Part shown: positions 13,516 through 26,369 of the stretch, in pieces
How positions within the stretch are numbered: position 1 is the first letter of the stretch
Layout: each line of letters opens with the position of its first letter
NCBI GenBank assembly: GCA_977016875.1
Contig: CDRNST010000093.1
Location: 744,001 to 808,000 of the forward strand
Direction of reading: 5' to 3'
DNA: 64,000 nucleotides
DNA from: Pavona decussata
Lineage: Eukaryota
Translations under genes and position numbers: made by a program
Notes under the pieces: generated by a model
Databases searched by the model: none
Seen by the model: only the letters and a program-made list of their open reading frames with translations
Told to the model about the DNA's origin: nothing

Positions 13516-14470
13516 GTACCTAGTGCGTATTTTTGGCTTCTTAGGAAAATGAGTTTTTTCGGCTTTTCGGTTGAAGTCGAAACTTCTTCGAAACTTAGTC
13601 AAGACTATTTTATGACGGTTGTATTTTTTGGCGTAAACTCAACCTCCTGGTCAGGATCTGTCTCCTGCCAGTCGATGAAAACAAGTGTCGTAGAAGACCA
13701 TCGAGTGGTGAAGTGGTCTTCTGTAAACGTTGAATAATTGATTCCATCCAGCGATATTGCATCTCACTGATGTACACCTTTGTGTGAAAATAGGAGAAAA
13801 TCCCATGCATTGTCACGGGAAGTTATAATAAAAATATTGTAGATGTGTATTTCAGGAAGTTATAAAGGCATTAAAGTGATCCTATCCCTTTGAATTAATA
13901 GGGAAGTTCTCTTATTATGATTCCACTCAGAAATTAGCATCTCTCGGCTAATTGGTCACAACCTTGGACACTGAACACTTATATCTTCTTATAAGATCAC
14001 ACAAATATCCCGCCGCATAAGCAACATATATCGAGACATCAGGAATCATTCGCCACGGTAGTCGTTGACACAACGCATTCCTGTGATGTTTTTCGCCGCC
14101 AGTATTCCAAAGTATACAACTAAACGGCTGTCTTTTAATCGAGGCTAGCACTACAAGTCTATTTCGCAACATTGACCTCGTATGAAACGCAAAAACCACT
14201 GTGACGAAGGAAAAACGCGTAATTATTGCCTCGTGGTCTAAATAAATGTTGACGTCAATTACGCTATAGTCTACTAAGAAAGCCTCTGCCTAAAGCTATA
14301 AGCTCACGCAGACAAGATTCTGGCAGATAATTTGTTCTTCGTGTTCGAGTAAAGTGAACTGCTTCACGTACAATCTAAACATTCTTCTTGGAGAGTTAAG
14401 AGGAAGAGAAGTTCAACTGTTGCGCTTCAGCGAAATCAAGAACAGAAGCGTCATCTTAGTTACTTCAGAA

Positions 14471-15547
14471 ATGCCGTTAGACTTTCCCTTCGGTGGAAAC
14501 AGTAGCAGCAGCAGCAATTCTTCTTCTGAAGCATGTGCCATCGACGGAAAACCTGTGGGTACGAAGGAGTTGAAAATCGCGATTCATCTGATCACATTGG
14601 TCGTTGCGTTGGTAGGAAACAGTCTCCTAATCGCTGCTTTTGTGAGAATGCGGAAAGAACCGCTCATGCTTCTTATCGCTAACATGGCAGCCTCCGACAT
14701 CTTGACGGCGATTTTCCTTGTGCCTCGCTTACTTACAATTGGAATCGTTGGCTCGTACGCTTTCCAGATCCATGGATTGGGAGGGAGAATTCTCTGTAAA
14801 ATGTGCGCCTTTTTGAGTGACATATCAGTATCCGTGTCGACCCAGAGCTTGGTAATCATCGCCGTGGAACGTTTTCTCGCCGTCGTGTATCCTTTAAAGA
14901 CTCGTAGAATCACCGTGAAAACACGCCGTCTTGTCATCGCTTCAACATGGGTCATAGCCATGGCTTTTCACTCGCCATATCTTTATACAATGGAGCTAGT
15001 AATTAAAGAAAACAACGAAACAATGTGTCGCCAATCAAAATGGTTTCTGGATAAAGAGTTATTCCATCGATACAATGTGTTTTTATACTTTACACTTTTT
15101 GCTATACCCATATTTGCCGTTTCTATTCTCTACCCCATTATTTTCATCCACCTTCGAATAGACAAAATGTCGGCGCACCGAAGCACCAGAGGAGATAAGC
15201 GAAGTCGTAGGCGCAACAGGAACTTACTTAAGTTGGCCGTGGCTACTGTTCTGGCACTTTTGATCTCTTGGACAGGTTATATAACGATTTTCTTCCTGGA
15301 ACTGTTTGTTCCAGAGACCCTTCCAAAGTGTAGCTATAGTTTCAAAGTGGTGTATTTTGCCGCCATCGTGCTTGCTAGCTCCTACTGTGCCATAAACCCT
15401 TTCATATGTTTCATGTTTCTGCGAAACTTTCGTACTCAGCTAATTATCATGTGTAAAATGAAGCGGCGAGGCACTTTAAAGTTCGATAGAAAATTAGCCG
15501 TAGGTCTCAAGCGAGCACCGCCAACACAAGCTGTCGAGTTGAATTAG
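14471..15547 (+). CDS. Rhodopsin-like (class A) GPCR, copy 3, 358 aa, frameshifted distal C-tail
   Basis: ATG at 14471 matches the paralog starts. A 1-nt deletion near 15490 (GATAGAAAATTAG vs GATGGAAAAATTAG) changes the tail to RKLAVGLKRAPPTQAVELN. Confidence 0.88.
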   Translation: MPLDFPFGGNSSSSSNSSSEACAIDGKPVGTKELKIAIHLITLVVALVGNSLLIAAFVRMRKEPLMLLIANMAASDILTAIFLVPRLLTIGIVGSYAFQIHGLGGRILCKMCAFLSDISVSVSTQSLVIIAVERFLAVVYPLKTRRITVKTRRLVIASTWVIAMAFHSPYLYTMELVIKENNETMCRQSKWFLDKELFHRYNVFLYFTLFAIPIFAVSILYPIIFIHLRIDKMSAHRSTRGDKRSRRRNRNLLKLAVATVLALLISWTGYITIFFLELFVPETLPKCSYSFKVVYFAAIVLASSYCAINPFICFMFLRNFRTQLIIMCKMKRRGTLKFDRKLAVGLKRAPPTQAVELN

Positions 15548-16499
15548 TTCAGGCGACCCCAAAACTGCAGACAAGCACCCAGGACACGACTGAATAGATG
15601 CTCGCCCGGTAGACCACGACTAGGTGTCAGTCAGCTGCTTTTGTACAAACAGCTCGCTGCTTAAATATTGCGACAATTCCCGTCATCAAGAACAGAACTT
15701 CTAGTCCCATGGATGTTTGGTTACTTTAGAAGATTAAGTTAAAAAAATAACAGCACTCTTTTAGAACAATAATAAAGTTGAAGAAGACGAAGAAAGTTCT
15801 GCCCTGACAAGTTGTGTTGCTCTGGTTTCCAATCGTATACAAAGAAATCTACATAAAATCTTCTGGGGTATATACACTGTCATTAAAAACTCATCGTCTT
15901 TTTGAATATGTAATAAATGTGTTTATTTCTTTGCTTGCTAGCCCATTTAATTAGTTTAAAAGGGGCTGGAGTCGTAATTAAAAAACTATGAGCGTGTTAC
16001 CTGCGAAGAGAACATTAAAATGAAGTATGCGCCGGTTTTCTTGTCTGTTCAATTTCGTACGAAAATCGATACAAAAAGCTACTCTAAATAGAAATTAACG
16101 TCGTGATTCATTTCAGTGACTGCAATGATGACGAGACGACGACGAAGGTTGTGATTAGTGAAAAGGACGTTTTGCATTTTGCATTTGTCTTTTTTGGGTG
16201 AAATTAATTGAATGGAGGTTGTCTGCCCCGTTGTTGTGCCTGCATTTTGAGGCTTATCTAACTGAAGTTTGTACCCAGTCTGTTATTTTTTAACACATGC
16301 AGTATATAATTTCCTGCCAATATTTTGCACTTCCATAGCCTGGAGTTCAATCAATCACAGACCATCGCAGCTGAAGAAGATACAAAAAGTACAAAGTCGC
16401 CGCCTGAATAACAATCGGTAGAATATGCAAATACGGGGTTACCTTCATGGAGATACATGTAGTCTGAGACACACTTATCACTGAAATGTGAAAAATTAA

Positions 16500-16810
16500 T
16501 AACGAACTCCATTTTGGAAGTGAAATACATTAAATATATGAATGCATATTTGGATTGCGGATGAAAGAATTAATAAATGAGATACCCTTACAGTCATAGA
16601 TGTACCGAACTTTGAACAGCAGCTGCGAAAAGAAAAAAAATTCAGGCTTGAACAGTGATTCGAATCCATGACTTGTGCGATAATGTTGCAGTACTCTCCC
16701 AACTGAGCTTTCAAGCCAACAGTCCAGGCTGGACATTTTGTGAATTCGTATTCCACCCATAAATCTGAAGTGGAATGTATAATAAACAACTCTTTGAGCT
16801 GCAGGTGATA
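16500..16810 (-). repeat. tRNA-derived (SINE-like) dispersed repeat; other copies at ~1-195, ~5460-5790, ~10900-11200, ~11400-11600
   Basis: Minus strand 16642-16717 reads GGCTTGAAAGCTCAGTTGGGAGAG...GGATTCGAATCACTGTTCAAGCCTGA, i.e. degenerate Pol III A-box and B-box with tRNA-like spacing. Too degenerate to call a tRNA. Confidence 0.6.
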
Positions 16811-17668
16811 CATTGGGGTTATCTATCCCATAATTCACAGCTCACAATGGTTGCTCGAGTCAATGTTTTCGTTCGAGTGTGCTGTCAAAACTCTGATCGT
16901 TTAAGTTGTTTATTGTTATTCTACCTTCAAAACTTATACAGCTTTTTAGCCAATGCAAAAACAATGCATCTATAGCCGTTTGCGAGGCGAAAATGTGAGA
17001 AGTAAGCTTATTTATTCACCAAGAATGGGTATGTGGAGATTGATTGTACACGGGATTAGCGATCAATAAAATTGCTCTCTTGTAAGGAAAGACTTTCTCG
17101 TTTGCTATCATAACTTGAAAAAGCTTAAAGGTGACTTCGTTTGACGAATAGACTACATAAAGTATTGCATTTCAATCATTTTGTTATATTGAGAGTCAAG
17201 TAAATATATAAATCTCTTGGCGCGAAATACCCGCAGGTATCAACGCCTTTTCTTGGACTTTTTGTTGCAACCTTAACCCGTCTAATCGTTTCATGTCGAG
17301 TTTTCGTTTTCAAAACTGTGCAACGGAGATGAATTTCCCCCTTTTCCCTCTTTTCAATGTTGTCACATCGGCCGACATGTCTGTTTACCTCTGTGTTCCT
17401 CCTTGTATCGACAACCATGAATTGCGCCTGACATTGCGTGGCGTGTTCGTTAGTTGCGCACTAAAGATGCGCATAAACAATTAGCGCGAACGTCCTTAAA
17501 TATCAATAACCAAAGATCCTTGTTGACTAGTTGAAAACTATCAAAGCTGCCTCAGCAAAAGTTACATCTGGTCTTAAGAGAAGACAAAGTACCACTGTAA
17601 TGAGAAAAATTAATAGCGAACTCCAGTTTGGAAGTGAAATATAATACATGAAATATGTATGTATATTT

Positions 17669-17861
17669 AAGAATTGGTTCATGCTTAGCGTGCGTATATC
17701 GAGTTATGGATGCACGCAGGAAGTTTTTGAGAGCACGTGAGAAGCGTAAGAGTTGCTCGAGGCGTAGCCGAGAGAAACTCTAGCTTCTTGAGTACTCTCT
17801 AAACTTCCCGAGTACATCAATAACTCGATATACGCACAGCTAAAAGCATGAACCAATTCTT
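17669..17861. mobile_element. Palindromic MITE-like hairpin element; degenerate copies at ~657-797, ~6257-6397, ~11881-12046
   Basis: Ends AAGAATTGGTTCATGCT ... AGCATGAACCAATTCTT, and the ~190 bp is self-complementary (GTGCGTATATCGAGTTAT / ATAACTCGATATACGCAC). Confidence 0.75.
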
Positions 17862-18234
17862 TTATAATATAGAGAAAATAAAGTAAATGATTCCTGGAAA
17901 ACAGGTTTTGTTCTTGGCTAATTACAAACTTCTCTGCACAAAAAAAAGGTCAAAGTGGTTGCTAATGTCGGTTTAGTCTTAACGTTTCATTAAAGTTCAA
18001 GCTCTTATTAATATACATTTTTATGGTGTTGTCTCTCTGTAAAAAGTTTTATGTAAGCTTCACCCATCTGACTTGCACACGTCATCGGATGGACGCACGG
18101 CTCTTAAGCTCTAAACCGTAAGCTCTAAACTCTGCACATAAACAGAGTTTATGATCATGACAAGAAAAGTGATTTATAATATACATTCCGTATCACTTTA
18201 TCTAGTTGTAGTTGCAATTGCACGCCAGCAGAGT

Positions 18235-19815
18235 ACTTGATGTTCGTCCATCATCAATAATGATGATGACCATAAACTTCACTGGTTGGCGGAGTACTTA
18301 CGAAGGTGGCTGATTCGTCCGATAAGGGCACAGAGCTACCTGCCGCAGAATGTGCACTTTGGGACCGCCCCGCTGGGTGACTGGATGGAGAAGCTAGCAG
18401 CCCTCGCTTTCCGCGCTGCCCGTTTGCTTTCAGCCGTTGCTCTGCGATGCTGTTCAGCTTAAAAGGCTCCACTACTGATCAGTCTGCGCCATAATGGTCG
18501 GTTTAAGCCAAGGTCTTCCCAGGCTTCGACAGGAATTTCTAAGCTATATGGGGTGGTCTTGAGACTGTCTTTGAAGCGGAGCTTCAATTGTCCAAATTTG
18601 CGCTTTCCTTCTGTCAGTTCGCCGTATAGGAGCACCTTGAGGATACGCTGGTCATTCATGCGCAGGATATGTCCAGCTCATCTTGCCTGTGCCCTCTCCA
18701 AGAGAGTGTGTATGCTGGGCATGTTTGCGCAGGAGAAGACCTCTGTGTCGGGGATTCGTTCCTGCCATTTAATTTTCATTGGCTTGCAGAGACAAGTTGT
18801 GTGGAAGTGGTTCAGCTGTCTGGGATGTTTACTGAAGACGGTCCAAACTTCACAGGCGTAAAGGAGTGTATTTATAATTACAACCTGGTAGACCTTAAGC
18901 TTGGAGCTAAGGCGGATGCCCCCACGCTCCCAGACGATGGTTTGACGTCTCCCAAACGCGCTGCTGATCTTGGCGATGCTGCACTTGACTTCCTCGTCGA
19001 TGTTCGCTTGACAGGACAGGGTGCTTCCCAAGTAAGTGAATTTATCCACATTATTGACCACTTCACCCTTCGCTGAGATGTTGGGTTTCTGGTGGGGCTT
19101 GCCAGGGTAGGGTTGGTACACGACTTTGGTTTTCTCGGTGCTGATGGTGAAGCCTACGATGTCGCATGCCCCAGAAATCCTGTCTGTAAGTACTATCTTG
19201 CACTGCCCGCTCACTGGTCGAAATGAGAGCACAGTCATCGGCGAATAGAAAATCTTTGATGACTGTCTCTTTCATCTTTTGTTACTGCTAGCAGTAGACG
19301 CTAATTGAAGAGTTTCCCGTTTGTCCTGTTCCTGATGAGTATTGCTTCCTCGCTGTCTAGGAAGGCATCAGTGAGCATAGCAAAAACATGATGCTAAAGA
19401 GTGTCGGCCCTGTCTTATTCCGTTTGTCACTGGAAAGGCATCTGATGCTTCTCCATCGTGCTTTTCGGTGCTTTTCGGCCAGAAAAGATGAGATTTGTTT
19501 ATCATTCTCGTCGAGTAAGTCTTGAAAAGGGCAGACCAGTCATCCTCCGCAGGGGAACTGCCTAACTGCACGCATTCCAATTTACTGTACAGAGTAGAGA
19601 GACCAGCTGCAACATATTCCTGCTTGAGTTTAGAGACGTTCAGCTTCTTGAAGGTCTTCTTCCCGTGTTGCATTTCCGTCTCTTGGGCATAGCTTTGGAC
19701 ACAATCAGCCTGTGATCCATCCAGCAGTCAGTGCCGCGCATGGCTTTGTTGACTTTGACATCCTGTCTATCGCTCCGCCTGGTGAACACTTAGTTGCTCA
19801 GATGCCAAGCAACGT
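18235..19815 (-). mobile_element. Longest RTE-clade LINE copy, internally deleted: end of the APE endonuclease plus RT
   Basis: Minus strand 19690-19810 gives WHL...RRSDRQDVKVNKAMRGTDCWMDHRLIVSK (APE C-terminal DH motif); FPVTNGIRQG; DFLFADDCAL (RT catalytic DD); VDKFTYLGSTL. Confidence 0.9.
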
Positions 19816-20383
19816 CCTTGATAAATAAATAAATATTTTTATTATTAATTCACGGTGAACTAACACGGGGGAGCGAGCGCTGAAAGCAGTATAATCTGGG
19901 GCATGCACCGCCTGGAATGTCCTTACCTGTGTTTTCCAGGAAGAAAATTTTTCATAAATGTGAATCTGAGGACCAGACGGTCAAATTATTTGTAAACTGC
20001 ACACTGGCACCGCAGTTCTCGCTTTTATACGCCAGCAAGTGTCGCCGAATTCCTTAAGGTGCCAGTTGCAAAGGGATCAGGGAAAGGAAGGAAAGGGATA
20101 GCTTTTATTTAATACGAAATTTTATGGGTTCCATAATTTTCTTACGGCGACAAAAAACACATATATATTGGTTTTGCTGCTATTTTGGAAATTAGCTTGA
20201 ATTATTTCAGAAGCGACATTCGAATTTGCAATAAAAAAATAGATTAAATATATGTTAGTAGTTCTGTTTAGCACTCTTCTCTCTCGCCTCCCCGTTTCAG
20301 ACAAAGAAACCAATTTTAATACCAACCTCATTTTCTCCTTCAACCACTCTCTTTTCCTCCTTATATTCAGTAACAGCTAGCCC

Positions 20384-20999
20384 CAGACTCGTACACAGTC
20401 GCTATTTACGTGCTTTGCGGTGGTGTGAGAAGATTGGATACGAGGATGGATTGAGGCGCGCGGGTTGTCATGGGAAGAGGCGAAGGAAAACGAAATGATT
20501 TCGTTTGACAGATCCTTGCAATCGTGCGTGAAACCGTGCAGTGATCTTTTTCAAGAAAACGGAGTAATTTTAGACATTTCTTGCAGTCAAAATTCACTGC
20601 GGGTTCTAGTTTGGTATTTAACGAGCTAAAGCCTTCGTCCGATGAGTGATTTCTTTTTTTGTTGGCTTGTAATGTCGTGCTGCCGTAATGGCTTCTTCGC
20701 GGGAAGACGATGTGGGTGATTTGAACAGTTCTTTCCGTGAATTGTGGATCGAAGGTTAGTATCACAGTCATATTTCGTCTTCCCGCGAATATTCCCGCGA
20801 AGAAGCCATTACGGCAGCACGACATTACAAGCCAGGAAAAAAGAAATCACTCTTCGGACGAACGCCGTATTGGATCGAAATCTGCCAGTCGCTATTTTTC
20901 CTTCGCCTCTTCCCATGACACCCCGCGCGCCTCAATCCATCCTCCTATCCAATCTTCTCACCCAACAAAACACGTAAATAGCTACTAGGGACGAGTCTG
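20384..20999. mobile_element. Non-autonomous DNA transposon with ~105-120 bp imperfect TIRs and a 9-bp TSD (Mutator/MULE-like)
   Basis: Termini CAGACTCGT...ACGAGTCTG; direct repeat AGCTAGCCC at 20375-20383 and 21000-21008; second internal inverted repeat 20636-20705 / 20793-20861. Confidence 0.8.
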
Positions 21000-22663
21000 A
21001 GCTAGCCCTAATTTTCTCTCTGTTTGCGTTCCCCCTTTAATAAGAAGTAAAAGGTTCTTCAGCCTAAGTCAGAAGTGTATATCTGTTATGCTCATCAAAT
21101 CCGGCTAAGTACTCCGGCTTTGGTTGGCTTTTAACTTCTGGTTTAATATTTTCGTGGAAAAACCTGACTTAAATTTCAAGCAGCTTTCCTTAGTTCTGTG
21201 AATTGAGCTGACGATTTACATTGCACCTTTTTATCAGGTTTTCCTCATTCATCGTGTTTTGGCCGTCCGTTTGTTAGGCTTATTGCGAGCTTCCTGTCGA
21301 GTATTGCTGTTTTGCTAAACATTGCTGTTTGTCGAGTATTGCTGTTTTGGCTTATTGACCTTATTATTAGAAGGTCGGCAAACGTTCCCGATTGACGGGA
21401 AAAACTCCCTTCTGCATCTGCAGGAAAAGTAGTCTAAATGTCTGTAGTGAACAAGCGCATGCATCATTTTCGCAAAAACATACATTCAAAGCTTTCTCAG
21501 TACGAAATCATGGTTATTTTTGTTTCAAGAAAATGTTGTTTCATGGTGAAATTGAAGGGAAGTGTTCAAACCTTGAGATGTCAAGGTTTGAAAGCTTTAA
21601 TTTTGAGACTGAAACTGAAACAAGTTCTAATAGTCTGTTTACATGTATGCATGCTTTCTTTCTGCTTTTCTCTTGTTAATTTTATTTCCCGTCAACATTC
21701 CGAATTTCTAGAGCCTTTATTTGTAGGTCATATTATCAAAAGATTCTACGCGAAAAGGCATTCGGAAAACAAAGCAGCTTGGCGACCTCGGTTCTCCTTA
21801 AAAAGAGGTGAAAACTTTAATTTGTGATTTTCGTTATGGTGCAACCGAACGTGAATATGACGTGCTAGCGCAGCTGTACACCTGGGTGTAAAAAGAGAGA
21901 GACAATGTGGAACAAAGCTAGTGTTGTCTGTACCAAAAATCAGGAGCTCGTAAGATATAATATAAAGACAGCTGGGAGATAATTTTAACTGTGCTTATGT
22001 GCCAAACAATTGTAAACACTTTGTTTTCGAAATGAAGGCGGGAATAATTTCTTCTTGTTGCCTACAAGGCTTTTGACAGTTTTGCTGTAATTTGTTGCAG
22101 TGTACCGTTCAGAATGTCATTTGTAATTTTGAGTTTCCGCTTTTAATCGGGAAGTAGGTTAAAAGCTAAGTCATGTTCATATCCATTTTTAATAATAGTT
22201 TCCTTAACAAAGGCTTATTTCAATTGTTGTACCGATAGAACAGGAGTTAATGACGAATTTTAGTGTGGGCCGTAAGCCTATCCCACTGCTTGTTCACCTG
22301 TTCATCCCTTGTTTATTCCTATTTTCCTCCAATGATTAACCTCCCTCGCCTTTTTAATTTACTCTATCAAACAAAACAAATCATTTACATTCGATAATCG
22401 CGACTATCTCTGTTAAAAATGCTCCTTTGTAGGGTGATCGTTATTTTATTTTGCTTCAAAAAGAAACTAGAAGAAGGAGGAGGCGTAGTGCCTAATCAGT
22501 CTTTTATGTTGGTTACAATTAACTGAATTAAAATCTATTATTCCTTGCGTGTGAAGAATGGTAAGCCAGAAGGCTATTTTCCATTAAGCATAAATACTGC
22601 AACACTTGCTCCTGGGAAGCCAGATGGGTTTATGAAAGAAGCAACATCAGAACGTCAGCAAAC

Positions 22664-23652
22664 ATGAACACAACGGTGAATGGATCAAGCTGCTCCATTC
22701 AGTTCAATCCTAGATCAGCCAAAATTGGTAAGACTGTTGCTTTCTGGCTGATATTCGTCGTATCGCTGCTTGGGGATTTCTTTATAGGAATACTTGTTTA
22801 CAAAACTCAAACTTTGAGAAAACCAATCAACTTTTTCATTGCCAACATGGCCATGTCCGACCTGCTGTATCCAATATTCTTGTTCCCGTGGAATCTTACT
22901 CTGTTGCACGTGGGCTCCTGGCTGCTCAGGGGTTCTCTTGGCCAGGCCTTGTGTAGGCTGGTTCCTTTCCTGATAACTGCATCCAGTTTTGTGTCTATTC
23001 AGAGCCAGTTTCTAATAGCCGTGGATCGATTTGGAGCTGTGATGTTTCCACTCCGTTCCCCACTCATCAGTTCAAAGCTGTGCCCCTTCTTCATTTTCGC
23101 CACGTGGATCGTCGCGATGGCCGTCTCTTCGCCATCTTTATTCGCCAACCTGAACTTTTTGAATACCCGGGACGACGTTTCTGTCGTATGCTGTGAAATG
23201 AAGTCTTAAGAGAGTCCTCTTCGGTTGCAAATTACTTCACTGCAACATTTGTTGTATTCCTCTACATCCCCATGGCCTTGTTAGCTATACTTTACTCCAT
23301 CATCCTTATCAAGCTCAAGTCACAGAAGATTCAAGGCGAACAGTCGGCCAACACTAATGAGCAGCGTGCGAAAAGAAACAGAATTTAAGTGCTAAAGATG
23401 GTCATTGCGATCGTGTTAGACTTTGTGTTGTGCTGGGTACCCTTTAGTATTGTTAAATTGTTGAAATTCTTTGTATGGGACAACAAAGTATCCTGTGGCA
23501 TGTCACTTTACTGGTCTATTGCCTTGTTTATGGCTCGAGGAAGCAGTGCCATCAATCCTTGCATCTGTTTCATTTTCAGTGGGAACTCTCGCGGAGCTCT
23601 TAAGAGACTCCTGAATTGTTCTAGAGGCGCTCGACATGTGCAGAAAGAGTAA
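22664..23652 (+). pseudogene. Class A GPCR pseudogene of a different subfamily from the tandem copies
   Basis: TM1-4 in ORF 22664..23209 (LRKPINFFIANMAMSD, DRF); TM6-7 in ORF 23389..23652 (CWVP, NPCIC). Frameshift near 23150 and a TAA at ~23386. Confidence 0.85.
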
Positions 23653-23743
23653 TTCTTGAAAACTCCGATCATAAGATAAGACAGCGAGCAGTTAAAGCAA
23701 CCGCTCCCGGAAAAGTAACTCTCCTCGTGATTTGTTAATCTTA

Positions 23744-23941
23744 NNNNNNNNNNNNNNNNNNNNNNNNNNNNNNNNNNNNNNNNNNNNNNNNNNNNNNNNN
23801 NNNNNNNNNNNNNNNNNNNNNNNNNNNNNNNNNNNNNNNNNNNNNNNNNNNNNNNNNNNNNNNNNNNNNNNNNNNNNNNNNNNNNNNNNNNNNNNNNNNN
23901 NNNNNNNNNNNNNNNNNNNNNNNNNNNNNNNNNNNNNNNNN
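23744..23941. other. Assembly gap (N run)
   Basis: 198 N. Confidence 1.
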
Positions 23942-26369
23942 ACAATTCAAATTCACAGAAAGAACATGTGCGATTTTTGAGGAATGACTTTCTGAGTTAA
24001 AACTTAATTTAATTGTAGATTAAAAAAAAATTATGTATCATGCACCTTAATCGAAAACAATAGTACATAGGCCTATCATTCTGTAAGTTATTAGTTGAAG
24101 AAGGGTGAATAAAGGTTTTTAACTCCTCTTTGGCCGGATTTCTAATGTATTCTTGCCCGTTTCGCTAGAAATGAGGTACTTGTGATTGTGTCGTTAAAAG
24201 CTTTCTTCAGATTCTCAAAAAAAAAAAAAAAAAAATAAATAAATAAAATAATTAGAAGTTAGTGAAATCTCTACTAGCAGGTTAAGTGTCAACAAAAATC
24301 AACTGAGTAGATAACCCTCCTTTTCTTTTTTAACCCGGGCTGTCTTTTAATCATCGGTGCTTCTTTCTTTCCTTCTTGTTTTGCCAAGCATGTCTTGTTG
24401 TCCTCGAGGGAGGGACACTGAGAGGTTCCTGGGAATGAGTTTGTACAGGAGGGACGAAAAAATGACGAAAAAAGCGATCCTATATTGACATCATAGTCCT
24501 AATATAGTTAGTTATTTCCGACTTCTTGCGTCTTTGCTTGTGGTTCATTTATTCGTATTCAGTTTTTCAGACATGCCATCAGTTATGACTGTCATTATCA
24601 CGGGCAGTGATGTTTTCTTTCCGAAATGTGAACGTTGGACGAAACCCTTCCTGTGAGAGGGTTTGTTGGGGGTGTGGTTTGAATCCCTCAACAACAAAGA
24701 AAAACTGTACACGTACGGGGTGAGATACTCAACTCTATTATTGATAGGGAGGTAGGAATGAAATCAAATTCTCAAACGTCCAAAAAGTCCTGTCCAGGCT
24801 AAAGCTGGACCCAAAAACGTCCAATAGCCCAGAACTTAAACTCTTGAGCGAGTTAGCTCCTATCGGCACTGATGTACCTGAGATTCACTGAGAACCAGCT
24901 CCTACCATAGCCTTGGGCTGTGAAACTACGAAGTGTCTTCTGTGGCACGGTTATTTAACTCCAATTCAGTTGTGCCGATACGTTTGTGCCTTTTGGCTCT
25001 TCAAAAGGATACTATGACATGATGGATGCCTGCAAGATCCTGCCACCACCACCCCCCCCCCCCCCCTCCCCGGTTTGGTTAACCGGTTTGGTTTTGAGTA
25101 AAGGGCTATTTTAGAGTTTAAATACTTCCAATTGTGGGAAAACAGTCTTACCACAAGAATTTCCTCTACATCAAGAGCCGAATCAGCCCTTGGGTATCTT
25201 ACATAAGCGCTGAAAAACGTCTTGTGAATTTGGAGCGAACTGTATTTCGCGGATACGGTAGAAGAAACCAACTAAGCTGCGCAGAATTTAAGGGAATTTT
25301 AACTCATTGCATGAGTTATTGCAGGGTGCAGATTACCACGAGAATACTCGAACGCACCCGAGGTGTTACGAAGATTAGCGACGATCACTAAAACATTCAG
25401 CTATTGTGGAAGAGCCTCCATAGGTTGTCCACTATTTCCCTCTGAAGACTTTCACTGTTTTGGATAGTTTTATCAACGTCGATCACCAGTCAGTTTGACG
25501 TGGTGACTCGCTAGCTACTGAAGCGGAAGGGTCGGACTGGCACTTAAATTATTTACTTTCATGACGTTTGGCGGGGTGTTCCAAGGAGCGGGTTGCCAAA
25601 CCGTTTGGCCACGCACTGGACTGCGCTTTGCGCGGGCACCTTTGTTTTCTCGCGTTAAGAGGTACATTTATTTAGGTTATTCAGGAAAACCACGCCTCGA
25701 TTTTTCTTTCATTACTTGTTTACTGAAGTCCATGATCATCAGCTCAACATACATTAGTTGACACTGAGTATCTCAGGTGAAGACTATAGGCTAACTAGTT
25801 AACATTACAACAAATTTCTATGATTTCAGCTTTCAGTTTATATTTGGACATTACTTTCGAAACATTGTACGGCAACAGGTCATCGAAAAATAAAGTTAGG
25901 GATACAACATAATGATGATTGTCCTTAATCGGATCAACGAAAACCCATTTCCAAAACACTGGTCAACTTTTAAGCATTTCATTTACTTATTTTAAGCATG
26001 ATCGTTCCGGGCGTTATGAACTTGCATTAAGGAAGATTTATCTCTCGCCTGTAACTTAATTTAAAAGTTAAATTTTTTTACCTTACATTGGAATTACCTT
26101 TCCAAGACTAACTGAAACTTAAGAAAAATCTAGTTACGTTTGAAATATCCTTAACTGAAATGTATTCAGTACTAGTACTTATGTCAGACTTTTAATTTGA
26201 GACCCCTTTGACCATTCAGGTTAATATTTCCTAGTTGTGATCGTGAATGTTGTTTTGTATAACGTGCTTCTATCTTTTAACTCTAAATTACCCGTGATCA
26301 TTTTTGCTAATGTTTTTCGAAAGTAAATTTGGTCAAGTTTGATTTTGTGCCTCAGTGGGAGTAACTTGG

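Larger units (their letters stand above)
1..19060. repeat. Tandem segmental duplication, period ~5.5-5.6 kb: partial unit 1-~2336, then ~2337-7933, ~7934-13515, ~13516-19060
   Basis: Near-identical blocks recur: GPCR ATGs at 3379, 8977, 14471; RTE 3' ends at ~1537, ~7137, ~12714, ~18235; the same hairpin and tRNA-like repeats in each unit. Confidence 0.95.

Noticed and set aside
14354-14470. 39-aa N-terminal extension of GPCR copy 3
   Set aside because: Starts at GTG and is open only because of a local deletion; paralogs start at the MPLD ATG.
16642-16717. Possible tRNA gene
   Set aside because: A and B boxes are degenerate, the stems pair poorly, and it is embedded in a longer dispersed repeat; treated as a tRNA-derived repeat.
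23508-23980. ORFs spanning N runs (also 34331-34583)
   Set aside because: Artefacts of assembly gaps.
24572-24750. MPSVMTVIITGSD...*EGLLGVW, faintly like the JAB-like N-terminus (VTIHEGE...GQLYGLW)
   Set aside because: In-frame stop and no further collinear similarity; cannot be distinguished from chance.
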